This document shows, in pieces, positions 51,810 to 64,000 of a DNA stretch of 64,000 nt. The stretch lies in the NCBI GenBank assembly GCA_951406725.2, contig OX597825.1:65038001-65102000 (forward strand), given 5' to 3'. The position numbers and the translations under genes were made by a program. The number at the start of each line of letters is the position of its first letter. Position 1 is the first letter of the stretch. The stretch comes from Octopus vulgaris. Lineage: Eukaryota. Below the pieces are notes generated by a model. That model was not told the DNA's origin. It made no database searches and worked only from the letters and a program-made list of their open reading frames with translations.

Positions 51810-53330
51810 CTTCTTGCTTCTTGTTATCTTTAGTTCTGACATAGCTACAATGATCTAACGAGTCAAAGTCGTATTTTCTGCTTTGTCGTTTTTTCTGCTA
51901 GAAATAGTAATCAAATTTCCCTGAAACTTCACTCTGCTGTCTTACACAAAATATATACAGGATAATGGGAAACGAGGAAGACTATCCCTTGTGGATAGGG
52001 ATGAATAATCATATTTCTAAGGGCTGCGTGGGTGGAGAAAATTTGATCATAAATCGCTTCGACCAGGGGCTAAACAATAAGAGCACCAATGATCAGTGTT
52101 CCCTTTGAATTAACTAGGTTCATGCTTACAACTCAAAGTAACTCTTTCTTTCTCTCTCAGGTTACAGCTATTTCACCTACGGGAACATAGCTCATAGTAA
52201 CGCGCTTCACTCTGTATATTCAGCTGTATTGAAATCTCTCTTTCTTTCTCTCTCACACACACACACGCACACACATACACACACATAAACATACACATAT
52301 ACACACAGATCATTTGTCTGTTAGCACATATTGCATATGTGCTTCCATGTTTGATGTGTGCTTATGTATGTCTCTAACTTTGAACTCTAAAGGTTAAACA
52401 CGCCAATTCGGTATATATAGAATATTGATATTTAACCAACATCAATGTAAGAAATTCATTATGATTATATTAATTACCTTCGCTTTCTTTTATATGAAAT
52501 AATCTTTACAATCTGAATACTGAAATCATTGAAGACGGTACCCGAATACATCTGCGGTCCAATGGCTGGAATCAGCGAGAGATTAAACACATATCAGAAC
52601 ATAAGGTTCTTCAAGGTTATATTGATTGCGTTCGGTTTCTTCTATAGTGAGACGTAAACTTACTGAACAGCGATGGTCTTTACTATTCAAAGAAGTTTGC
52701 AAGATAAGAAAGCTGTTATTACCTTACATTTCTCTTTTCTTTGCTATTTTATTTCTGTCTGCGTTATTCTATTTTATTATTCATGTTCTGTCATAATATA
52801 CGTTCTGTTAAAACAAGTAATGCTGCTACAAAACACATGCTAATTCCAATAAATATATATATACTATATACCACAATTGCACGCCTGATGTATATAGTGC
52901 TAAATACCTATATACTAAAATATATACAAGACCAAATTTCATCCTTCGGTCTTTGCAGATAAGTTTCTCGTCAAAGAATCATTATTAATTAGGAAGTTTC
53001 AACACTTGCAACAAAATACCATGATCAGTAATTCATCATATCGTGTTTTACTGAACGGCTTACACTAATATTTAATATCGGAGCGGATCAGAAACAACCT
53101 ACTTACAACATCAATGCATCCTTAAAACTATTTCACCAATCAACACTTGAAATAACAACGATGTCAATACCCTAGTTTCACTCTGTACTTTCTGATTTTC
53201 TCAGCGCTGCTTAGGAAGATACCTCAAAAGTGACAGTAAAATAATTCATCAATGAAACGCCATCCGTAATTTTATAAAATATTTTAACTGTCAATTTAAT
53301 TATATATGTGTGTGTGTCTGTGTGTATGTA

Positions 53331-54365
53331 CTTCGATTCATCTCTAAAATGAAACTGCGACCACTGTTCTTTGGTCCAAACGACATGTTCGAGAGTGATT
53401 CGAAGACAGGCTCTTTGATTCTTCTTGGAGATCAGAGGTTTCTTTGCCTGTGCCCTAACAAGCAACACAGAACCTTCTAACCTTCGAAAAACTGTTTTGC
53501 GCGATACGTTGACATCGGAAGTGGAGCTAAACTCGTGAGATATCTTAGCAGCACGCTTAAACCTATCAATCAGTGACATTCTAACCATAATACGATCGTG
53601 TCTTGGTGAAGATTTACGAGGTCTACCGGTTTGGAGTTTAGCGCCTGTCGATCCTAATGACTTAAAACGGGCTACAATTCGTTGCACATTACTATTCGCT
53701 ATCACAGAAAGTTACATGGCCTCTTGGGGAAGGCCCACATTCCTTTGTTTATTATCACAGGACGACGGTCGTCACTCACAAGTCACCATGTTGACAGTCG
53801 AATGTTCCAATGATGTAAGAGCATCAGAACTGTTAGCCCATTAACAGTCTTCTAAACAACAAATAACTCGGTTAATTTATTTTCTAAGTGACCCTTAACT
53901 TTTGAAAGATATATAACTTACGAAATATATATTCTATCAACTTGAAATTTTCACAAACGATAGATATTAAATATATCTAAATATGTGTGAAACATCTAGT
54001 CTCAACATATTGTTAATCTTCTATAATAGGTATTTAAATACACTTGTTCTTAAAATAATATAAATAAATGCGCCCTTTTAAAGCCTAGCCAGGCTCATGG
54101 GCCCAGTTTCCCGGTTTCAATGGTGTATGTGTTCCCCAGCTGTAATGGGATGCCAGTCCATCTCAGCGTTACTCATTTTTGCCAGCTGAGTGGACTGAAG
54201 CAGCGTGAAATGAAGTGTTTGCTCAAGAACACAATGCGTCGCCCAGTCCAGGAATCGAAACCATGGTGCTTACGATCATGGTGCTGACACCCTAACCACT
54301 AAGCCATGCGCCTCTACACACTTGTTCTTACTGGCCCTTATATCCTTATATTATGGCCACAAATA
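53331..54365 (-). mobile_element. 5' half of a Tc1-like transposon; transposase remnant 53331-53705 truncated after the first catalytic D
   Basis: GRPRKSSPRHDR...VSRKTVFRRL...KKPLISKKNQRACL...WTKEQWSQFHFRDESK has the GRPR, KKP and W...W....SDESK motifs. TIR-like GTGGCCATAATATAAGG near 54344-54360. Confidence 0.85.
54053..54317 (-). mobile_element. Full-length SINE-C with 13-bp TSD, nested in the Tc1 left end
   Basis: TSD ACACTTGTTCTTA at 54040-52 and 54318-30; collinear with 38606-38867. Confidence 0.95.
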
Positions 54366-54370
54366 TGTGT

Positions 54371-54445
<75 letters not shown>

Positions 54446-54888
54446 TGTATGTAGATATGTGGATGTGCGCGAAAACATGATATAATACGTTTCAGAAGCC
54501 CATACAACGTTTCTTCATGATTTTACGCCATAAGACCAAAGATAAGGGAATTCGTTAAACAAACTCGCCAGATTCAACGTTTGAAACCTGAAGTGTATAA
54601 ATTGCCAGCACAATTGATGGGTGTTAGCGCTCATACACATACATATGTACTTCTAGTTACGCAGAGCACCAACACACACCCACACACGCGTGCTCACACA
54701 GATACAGACACGCGTACACATACACACACGTAATTATATACGCGTACACATGCTAGTTTAGCTCAAATCTAACTGTTTCTGTTAGGTAATCTTTTACTTT
54801 GTTCTTTAAACACTTGCAGCCTCTTCTCCCTACCCCGAAAAAACGAAGCACTAGCAGTAATTCTAGACGGTTATCCGACCGCCCATTA

Positions 54889-55084
54889 TCTTCTTCTTCT
54901 TCTTCTTCTTCTTCTTCTTCTTCTTCTTCTTCTTCTTCTTCTTCTTCTTCTTCTTCTTCTTCTTCTTCTTCTTCTTCTTCTTCTTCTTCTTCTTCTTCTT
55001 CTTCTTCTTCTTCTTCTTCTTCTTCTTCTTCTTCTTCTTCCACGTCTTCTTCTTCTTCTTCTTCTTCTTCTTCTTCTTCTTCTT

Positions 55085-55114
<30 letters not shown>
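54889..55114. repeat. (TTC)n/(GAA)n tract, ~225 bp, one interruption
   Basis: Direct reading; CACG interruption at 55041-44. Confidence 0.99.
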
Positions 55115-55116
<2 letters not shown>

Positions 55117-55244
55117 CCTCGCCATTTTTTCTCGTTTCTGCTTCTCCTTCCCTCTAATTCTCTCTCTTTCACTTCATCTTGTTTGCACTTCTCTCTCTCT
55201 CTTTCTCTTTCTCTCTCTCTCTCTCTCGTTCTCTCTCTCTCTCC

Positions 55245-55278
<34 letters not shown>

Positions 55279-55925
55279 CTCCCTGTCTCTCTCTCTGTAT
55301 TTTTTCTGAAATATTCACTTTCCTCTTAAACAAAGAGTCTAACAACTAATACAATCATAAGCCTCATCCTTCACCTCCTCTACAACTAACACTTACAGCA
55401 TCATATAGCCCACCCACACACACACACATATAACCGCACACACACACACACACAACCGCACACACATACACACTCATATCTATATGTATGTATATGTATA
55501 TCTATATGTATACGCCATCGCTGCCAGCACGGCGACTATTATTTTTCGTACCGTATCTCGCCACGAGCAGAAGCATCCCCGCTGATAGGTTCTCACATAG
55601 ATAAGATAACAGCAACTCTAGTAGAGGTAGGTATTGGAATGGAAAACTAGTCAGAACCAGTTTCGTTCTCTTTGCCTCCTATTCTCTTCCTCACTTGTTT
55701 ACTTTCTTACGCCCTCTTCCTCGCCTTCTCTCCACTTCCCCTCCCCCAATATATATATATATATATGTGTGTGTGTGTATGTGTGTGTGTATGTGTGTGT
55801 ATGTGTGTGTATGTATATATATACATAGATACATATATATGCATATATATACACATATATATACGTATATATATGCACACACATATATATATGTGTGTGT
55901 GTAGGTGTATATATACTTACAGACG

Positions 55926-55977
<52 letters not shown>

Positions 55978-56803
55978 TTTGCATACATCATTTTATTCAT
56001 GTTCGTGTAGTAATCTATATATATTTACATTTATACACATACAAAAGCATATATATGTAGATATATATTTCTATATAAATGTATATATATATGCATACAT
56101 ATGTGTAATACATATAACTTGAATTTGTGTATATAAATAAGCGCGTGTATATGTATATACATATACAAACATATATGTGTGTGTATTTATATATCTATAT
56201 GTATCTTATGTATATATATATAAATATATCTGTACATATGTATGTTTATATATATCTATCTATCTATATGTATTTATACGTATATATATATGCATTTATA
56301 TGTATATATATATATACATATTTATATACATGAGTGCTCATATATGTGCATTTGTATAATGTGTGTGTATGTGTCTGTGCGTGTATTTGTGTCTTTGTGT
56401 GTTCTTGTGTATTTGTGTGTATGTGTGTGTGTAAGATGTGCAGTTTGTTACTCACATTCTCTCTGTTCTTTAGACTTGCCATGTGGGATATTGAGAATTC
56501 TTTAAACAGCTATTTGATGTAGAGTGTATAAGATTTCTGGCTGGCAGGGTGCAAACCTCCGCAATTCTCGTAATTAGTAAAAGTAGTAAAGCTTTAGAAG
56601 AAGAGAAAGAAACAACAACAACAAAAGAAAGTTATATAAAATAAAAACAATATAAGAAATAAAAGAAAAAATAAAACAATGAACAAACTCTTGTATATTG
56701 TTATCAAACTTTCGTTAGATAACTCCTCTGAGAAAAATATTTCTTTCTCAGAGGTGTCTTTCTATATGCAAGCAACAGCACCACACACACACACATGGTT
56801 ACA

Positions 56804-56857
<54 letters not shown>

Positions 56858-56982
56858 CATATACACAATGTATTTAGACATGTATATATATGCATACATA
56901 AATATATAGATAAATAGTATGTGTGTGCATATGTGCTTAAACATACATACTCGCACACACACACACACATACAGACACACAT

Positions 56983-57029
<47 letters not shown>

Positions 57030-57929
57030 TCATATTTTTTGCTCTCCAACGTAAATAATATATCGCTCCATTAAATCTGTACATCTCTTCTTCATAATCT
57101 ACCATCCACCTTCTGATAAGACGTCACTTTAGAAGATAAACTCAACCTTTTAAAAGTGATACATGACCCATGGTAGAAGGTATTATATATTGAAGTTCGT
57201 GCTGTTCAGCTTTTACTGTTTCATAAGTCGTGTGCCAGTAAAGCAAGAGGGAAAACAGAAGTGAAAGACTAGTTAAATGTTGAAGGAAACGTTGTGTATT
57301 CTTTAAAATCTCTGCCAACTTGTGCAATTAAGGGATTTTCTACATCCTATAGCTCGGCCTGTTTAAAAATAGAACTAAAATCGTCTTCAGCTTCGTGTGT
57401 CTTTTAGAAAGTGGAAGTTCTCGTTTTGTAATGTTGTAAATATATTGTGTTTGCAGAAATAAAACAACACAATAATCAGATATTTACAACGGAACATTTT
57501 TGGTCGTAGGTCTGATAGACTTGGTATATGTCATGGACCAGATTAACTGACAAGATGGCAGCATACTTATGCCAATAATATATCTAAGATTTCATACCAG
57601 GCTCCTAATTTGTGTTTTATCACCGGCACGATATTTGCTCCAAATTTTCATGAAACTTTGTTGAATACATCATTTAGTGCGGATCCTTCTTTCATATGCA
57701 GTAGGGCGCGATTTAAAGGAGAATTGGCAGTTATTATTCGGGTTTCGACCTACCTCTCAGAAGCTGCCGCATCTTGACCTTGTAAAATTGATAAACGTTT
57801 GTAATACTATGTTCAATCATTCCGTGTTAATAGATAGAATTGTTCCGGGACAATAACTTCGTTGGAGTTCGTAGCTTAATTGGAGCCCATAACGTGACCT
57901 AGATATTCTAAATTACTTCCAATTTAGTA

Positions 57930-58095
57930 ACTAGGTCAACAAATTTATCGGGAGGTGATTTAGTTTATATCATCAACACCTAGAGGATGAAGGAAATTTA
58001 ACCGCACCGGGATTTGAGTTCAGAACGTAGGTTATAGGAAGAAATACCAGACAGCGTTGTGTTCTACTTTAACAATGTTGTCATCCCAACGCCTT
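57930..58095 (-). mobile_element. Old SINE-A
   Basis: GAGGATGAA...GGATTTGAGTTCAGAACGTA...GAAATACC. Confidence 0.6.
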
Positions 58096-58126
58096 CCGAG
58101 GTAGTCTAATTAACTGGAAAATATTC

Positions 58127-58328
58127 TTTTCTACTCTAGGCACATTTTGGGTAGGGGAACAGTCGATTAGCTCGATCCTGTATGCAACTGGTACTTAATT
58201 TATGGACTCCGAAAGGATGAAAGGCAAAGTCGACCTCGGCAGAATTTGAACTCAGAATGTAAAGACAGACGAAATATCGCTAAGCATTTTGCCCGGCGTG
58301 CTAACGTTTCTGTCAGCTCGCTTCCTTA
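58127..58328 (-). mobile_element. Short-tail SINE-A with 16-bp TSD
   Basis: TSD TAACTGGAAAATATTC at 58111-26 and 58330-45. Confidence 0.95.
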
Positions 58329-58509
58329 GTAACTGGAAAATATTCCAGCAGACCTATACGATAAGGACATTAAGTAAAATATATTCAACCATATAAGTGA
58401 CGATGGATTGAGATGAAGAAAATACTAACATTCAGCCCTTTACTGTTTTTGTTATTTCTGCTATTCATAAGGCATCTACTGTATGCTCCGTAAATACGAG
58501 TCGCTCTAG

Positions 58510-58840
58510 ATCGCTACTCAAAGTGGTGGTCCGCTAAACAGTGCCGGTCAGTGGACCATGAGCTGCCATGAGCTGCCGGTATGTTTCCAGAAAAAGAAAG
58601 CAACATTATAAAATGCTTATAAAATCATTATGTAATATTGTATTATTTGTTTACAAAATAAATATAAGATTAAAAAGTTGTCAACTTTTATTGTTTTCAA
58701 TAGATATATTGATTCCGGTATAAATTAATATTACTAAGATATATTACCTGTCCCTGGCACATTAGAAAAAATGTATGTGTGTATAAATATATATGGTAAG
58801 CATAATTGATGCAACTGAGGGGTTTGGAGAAGAACTCGAG
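58510..58840. mobile_element. Possible decayed hAT-type MITE
   Basis: Repeated GGTCC/CCGGT subterminal-like motifs at both ends of an AT-rich core; TIRs not resolvable. Confidence 0.3.
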
Positions 58841-59982
58841 GACTAACAATGCATTATATAAATACGATATGAAGCCGACATTTTAAGACTAAAATTCCTC
58901 CAATGTTGCCTTCAGCTCATAATCACTCCACCAAGTCTATAATTGAAATAGTAACAATCATATACGTAAGTGGTTAATTCAACTAATTCTCTTCCTGCAT
59001 CTCTTCTTACCCTTGTCCCTTCCACGTTTGTAACATTCTACCAACATTGGTAATAATTATTTTTTCTTCTGTCACCTACTATTCTAGTTTCCACCAGTTA
59101 CAAAAACCACCATTTTCTCATTTATTAAGTTAAACGACATTTTAATTTTGTTATTCATTTGTCCATGGCTGTCCTATTGAGGAAATGGTCTATTTATTCA
59201 TTTATATTTTTATCTATTTATTATATTATTTAGATCCTTCACTCTTTATGAAGAGCTGTCGGCAATTGAGTCCGTGTTAGTCTATATACCATTAGAGATA
59301 AAAACAGAATAAAATTTGAAATTCGTTTTCTCCAAGAGAAACCATGTTTTACAATAGCAAACTTCAAATATGTGGCCATTTTATTAATGAAGCTATAATC
59401 TTATGTCTAATAGATATGTAATTATTATTGTTTATGTTTATTGCTGTCACTGTTATTGTATCAGTGTTTAAGTCCTTGATAGCCGTTATGGAATAAATTT
59501 ACAAATGTCATCTACGACAATCTGTTACGGGTAGTCTCAATGTGTGGCACCTTTAAAAAAATGTCTTCTATCAAAGCGCCCGGCCAACCAAAGACGCGTT
59601 AGTATATTTGGTATTCAGAAAATGAAACAATCACGTTGTGTATATATTGTCTAAAGTCGAAAGACGCCTGTTGTTATGTCCTGTTGTTATTAGTATTGTT
59701 GCTTTTTGTATTTATATTCGTATTATTTTTTGTTTTTAGTATGTATATTCATGTAGCGTCGTCCGTCTTTCTGTATACATTCGATCCTTTTCCAAAAATT
59801 CTAATGCTCGTAGCTTAATTTTTCCTTGGGGCTGGCCAGATCGGAGCATTCTCAAGATTAATCAGCCGAAATTGCGAGGATGATCCGGTTCTCGACTGAA
59901 GATTAGAGGCTTCGAATGACCCGTACGTTTTTCGTATCGTCTATTTGAATGTTTTGCGTTCTTGTCCCATTTTGTACTTTTA

Positions 59983-60037
<55 letters not shown>

Positions 60038-60041
<4 letters not shown>

Positions 60042-60142
60042 TGTTTCGCTCACAAACACACACATCGCCTGGTCTGAGATTCGAACCCGCGATCCCTCGA
60101 CCGCGAGTCCGCTGCACTAACCACTAGGCCATGTCCCTCCAC
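60038..60142 (-). mobile_element. Isolated tRNA-Arg(TCG)-like SINE head
   Basis: TGGCCTAGTGG A box, GACTCGCGGTC anticodon-like arm, GGTTCGAATC B box; homologous to 24910-25014. Confidence 0.85.
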
Positions 60143-60519
60143 TCGAAGCATGAAGCATGTATTCTACCTTATTTTCATTGCAGATAGAAAGCGCTAGCCT
60201 GCGCCCTTTTGCCTAAAATTTTAAACTTCTTTTCATCTAAAATAGTTTATTTTAGCCTTTATTTAATGGATATATCATGACGTTGTTGTCAGCAGCATAT
60301 TTATGTACAATTCATATATACTTCTTAAACTGGTTTAAAGCTGGCAACTATTACTGCACATTTGTGTATGTAACGTATACATATGTGTCTATGTGTGGTG
60401 TGTGTATACGTATATGTGTATGCAAACATCTGTGTGGGTACATATGTTTCTATGAGTTCATCTGGAGGTTATTTAATATATGTAGACAAACCTATAAAAA
60501 CATGATTTTCTGTGTTAGT

Positions 60520-60581
<62 letters not shown>

Positions 60582-60582
60582 A

Positions 60583-61004
60583 TACTCTTTATTCTTTTCT
60601 CTTTTACTTGTTTCAGTCATTTGACTACAGCCATGCCGGAGCACTGCCTTTAAAGTCGAGCAAATAGACCCCAGAGCTTATTCTTTGTAAGCCAAGTACT
60701 TATTCTATCGATCTCTTTTGCCGAACCGCTAAGTTACGGTGACGTAAACACACCAGCATCGGTTGTCAAGTGATGCTGGGTGGACAGACAGACACAAACA
60801 TATATACACACACCTAAACATATATATATATATATATACACATATACGACGAGCTTCGTCCTGTTTCCATCTACCAAATCTATTCACAAGGCTTTGGTCG
60901 GCTCGGGGCTATAGTAGAAGACCCTTGCCCAAAGTGCCACGCAGTGGGACTGAACCGAGGACCATGTGGCTGGTAAGCAAGCTACTTACCACATATCCAC
61001 TCCT
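60583..61004 (-). mobile_element. Near full-length SINE-B
   Basis: Collinear with 62331-62744. Confidence 0.95.
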
Positions 61005-61205
61005 ATGGGGAGAGTTTACGAGAAAACAAAAGACGAAGACAGGTGGTGTACAAAACAAACAGATGTATTAGGTTAACGCCCAGGAATAGAAAAAGTATTT
61101 TACGTTTCGAGCCTACGCTCTTGTACAGAAAGGAACACAGAAAAAAACAAGGAGAGAAACAAGGAGACAAACAAATGTGTGTAGTGGCTGACGATCTATC
61201 ATGTC
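61005..61205 (-). mobile_element. Family F copy 3 with degenerate hammerhead-like motif (about 61095-61134)
   Basis: Minus strand TCCTTT-CTGTACA-A-GAGC-GTAG-GCTC-GAAA-CG-TA-AAA. Confidence 0.65.
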
Positions 61206-61658
61206 GACTATATATATGTATATATATATATATATATGATTTCATAAGAATCACGGCAGATCGACCCGCAGGGCGCTTAAAATGGCTATCTACAATAACA
61301 GAAGAATTCACATTGAGGTAAAGAACAATGAATACACGAATTGTTCGTAGGCTACTGTAGATATGTAAGTACCAAATCCGATTTGGACCATAGATCCGAC
61401 TCCTGGGTGGATCTTTCGTGTGACTCAGGTATAAGAAGTAAACCCAAATAGCGTCCAAAACTTACGGCAGCTGTTTCGATAGTTTATTTATTTATTTATT
61501 CATTACAGTCTTAAAACATTACGTCACAATATATAATCCAAAATAATCAGGTAAAATTTCAGTCAGGTAATCATATATGAACAAAATGGTTGTAAGTATT
61601 TTGTTCATACATGCATACATAGATAGACAGACAGATAGGTAGGTATATAGACATAGAC

Positions 61659-61731
<73 letters not shown>

Positions 61732-62330
61732 TATAAATAGATAGATAAATAGATAGATAGATAGACTGTCAGACGGACGTACAGACAGACAGACAGATAG
61801 ACGGACAGACAGATAGACGGACAGACAGATAGACAAACAGACAGATAGAAAGATAGATAGACATACACTTTTTAGAATCTTAAGTGATCTATTTGTTATC
61901 AGTTAGACGCCGCCACTTGTCTCTTTTGCCCCCATGGCATTATAATAATTGGTAGGACAGACATAAACTTCGTTTGAAAGACGAGAAAATCGAAAAAGAA
62001 AACATACTTTTGTAACTAGAAGTGCTATAATCACAGTCCACATTAACTAGATTAAGATAAAACACAAATTTCTTAAACTTTACTCAACTAGCTAACGCAC
62101 GACTAACACTCGTGAAAAAAATCATCCATAATTTTCGCTTTCATTTCTGACTGTACTTTTACAAGCTTCGGTGCCTTAAATTTTAGTCTTGAAGTTTTAA
62201 TTTCCCTCAATGCAAACATCATTGATCCGATTTACGACGCATTTTATCGGACTATGCCTCATATCGTACTACGCTACATAAGATATTGAAAAGATTTGTA
62301 TATATATAGTAAGTCATATACATTCATATA

Positions 62331-62744
62331 TACTCTTACTCTTTACTCTTTTACTTGTTTCAGTCATTTGACTGCGGCCATGCTGGAGCACCGCCTTTAG
62401 TCGAACAAATCGACCACGGGACTTATTCTTTGTAAGCCCAGTACTTATTCTATCGGTCTCTTTTGCCGAACCGCTAAGTGACGAGGACGTAAACACACCA
62501 GCATCGGTTGTCAAGCAATGCTAGGGTGACAAACACAGACATACAAACACACACACATACATAGATATATATACATATATACGACAGGCTTCTTTCAGTT
62601 TCCGTCTACCAAATCCACTCACAAGGCTTTGGTCGGCCCGAGGCTATAGTAGAAGACACTTGCCCAAGGTGCCACGCAGTGGGACTGAACCCGGAACCAT
62701 GTGGTTGTTTAGCAAGCTACTTACCACATAGCCACTCCTCCGCC
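62331..62744 (-). mobile_element. Full-length young SINE-B
   Basis: Complete head (TGGCTATGTGG / GGTTCAGTCC), CORE-like GCACCTTGGGCAAGTG, internal microsatellite and GTAAAAGA tail. Confidence 0.97.
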
Positions 62745-62826
62745 TATATGTATGTATATATATGTATATATGTATATGTGCCTATCCAAATGTACATACA
62801 AACACACACATATGTATGTATGTAGG

Positions 62827-62864
<38 letters not shown>

Positions 62865-62866
62865 TA

Positions 62867-63222
62867 GTCGCAGGAGTGGCTGTGTGGTAAGTGGCGTGCT
62901 TACCAATCTTCGGCAAGCGTCTTCTACCCTAACCTCTGGCCGACCAAAGCCTTGTGTGTGGATTTGGTACACGGAAACTGAAAGAAGCCCGCCGTATACA
63001 TATATATATATATATATGAGAGGGGGGTCTGTCTGTTACCGGACCATCGCTTGACAACAGATGTCGGCGTGTTTGTGTCCCCATAACTTAGCATTTCCGA
63101 AAGAGAGACCGACAGAATAAGTACTAGGCTTACAAATAATAAGTCCTAGGGTCGATTTGCTCGACTAAAAGTCAATATTCCCGCATGGCCGCAGTCAAAT
63201 GACTGACAAACGAAAGAGTAAA
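62867..63222 (+). mobile_element. SINE-B, head-to-head with 62331-62744
   Basis: GCAGGAGTGGCTGTGTGGTAAG head; GCATGGCCGCAGTCAAATGACTGA tail. Confidence 0.92.
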
Positions 63223-63692
63223 ATTGAATATATATACATATATGTATATATATATGTATATGTATATATGAATATAGATAGACAGATACGTTAATACATA
63301 CATATATAATTACACGGTATGCAAGTGTATATTGAGCAAATCACCAACTAAAGTATAAGGTCATCAAAGGAGAGAGATGAACTAAAAATAACTTTAGATT
63401 ATGAAATATCAAAGTAGCAAACACGTGAGAGAGAGAGAGAGAGAGAGTATGTGTGCGTGTGTGTGTGTGTATACATACGCCCACACATACACCCTCATGC
63501 ATAGGCGAGCTGTACTTATACATAACAGTTTCTCTATTGCTATGCGCCATATCTTTTGTATTTTCTTATAATAAATTCAGCTCGTCCGTATGATGTCGAT
63601 TCTGTTTGTGTTTGTTAACGCCCACTAACTTATACAGAACAAGAGATGATTATCAGAATCATACATGCATATGTATATTCATATGGATATAA

Positions 63693-63762
<70 letters not shown>

Positions 63763-63795
63763 AGATAGATAGATGTTTGTAGATAGATAGATCGG

Positions 63796-63839
<44 letters not shown>

Positions 63840-64000
63840 CAGACAGATAAAAAGATAGATAGATATATTATATATGCGAGCCTTTGTACTTGCTTATACG
63901 TAGATCAATGTGTGCATAAGTGTGATTATATATATATAGATGTATATGCATATAAATGTATGAATACAAATGTGCTTATATGTATGTAAACGCCACACAC

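Noticed and set aside
51860-52085. Old dispersed repeat also hinted at about 5700-5830, 23890-23950, 24460-24650 and 57690-57780
   Set aside because: Too decayed to define boundaries or class by eye.
52141-52240. Strong + strand acceptor (CTCTTTCTTTCTCTCTCAG)
   Set aside because: CT-microsatellite-derived tract with no good downstream donor or recognisable peptide.
59840-59920. CTGAAGA...GAAT in a probable repeat ending at (TA)n
   Set aside because: Core and stems do not fit a hammerhead; the element could not be classified.
60038-60142. Functional tRNA-Arg gene
   Set aside because: Acceptor and anticodon stems pair poorly and the sequence continues into SINE body; it is a SINE head.

Overview
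This is a very AT-rich, microsatellite-saturated eukaryotic non-coding window. The SINE repertoire and repeat texture are most consistent with an octopus (coleoid cephalopod) genome, probably a large intron or intergenic region; this is inference. I can support no intact host protein-coding gene. Almost all listed ORFs are translations of (TA)n/(CA)n/(TAA)n/(GATA)n tracts or SINEs. Recognisable content: >30 copies of three tRNA-headed SINE groups (my labels A, B, C/D); decayed R4/Dong, CR1, RTE and Penelope retrotransposon fragments; Tc1, mariner and DD37D(maT) transposase remnants; a probable Helitron; and local tandem duplications. Five observations stand out. (1) Several short hammerhead-ribozyme-bearing, Penelope-type mini-elements end in (TA)n; one is a complete minimal hammerhead with a swapped G3-C8 core pair. 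(2) SINE-A appears to have inserted into its own family at a fixed internal site, with a mobile dimer sharing the same junction. (3) A (TAA)n array carries five separate retro-cassettes. (4) There is a consensus recursive-splicing (AG|GTAAGT) site. (5) Closely spaced inverted SINE pairs are candidate ADAR substrates. All coordinates were read by eye and ends are approximate to a few bases.
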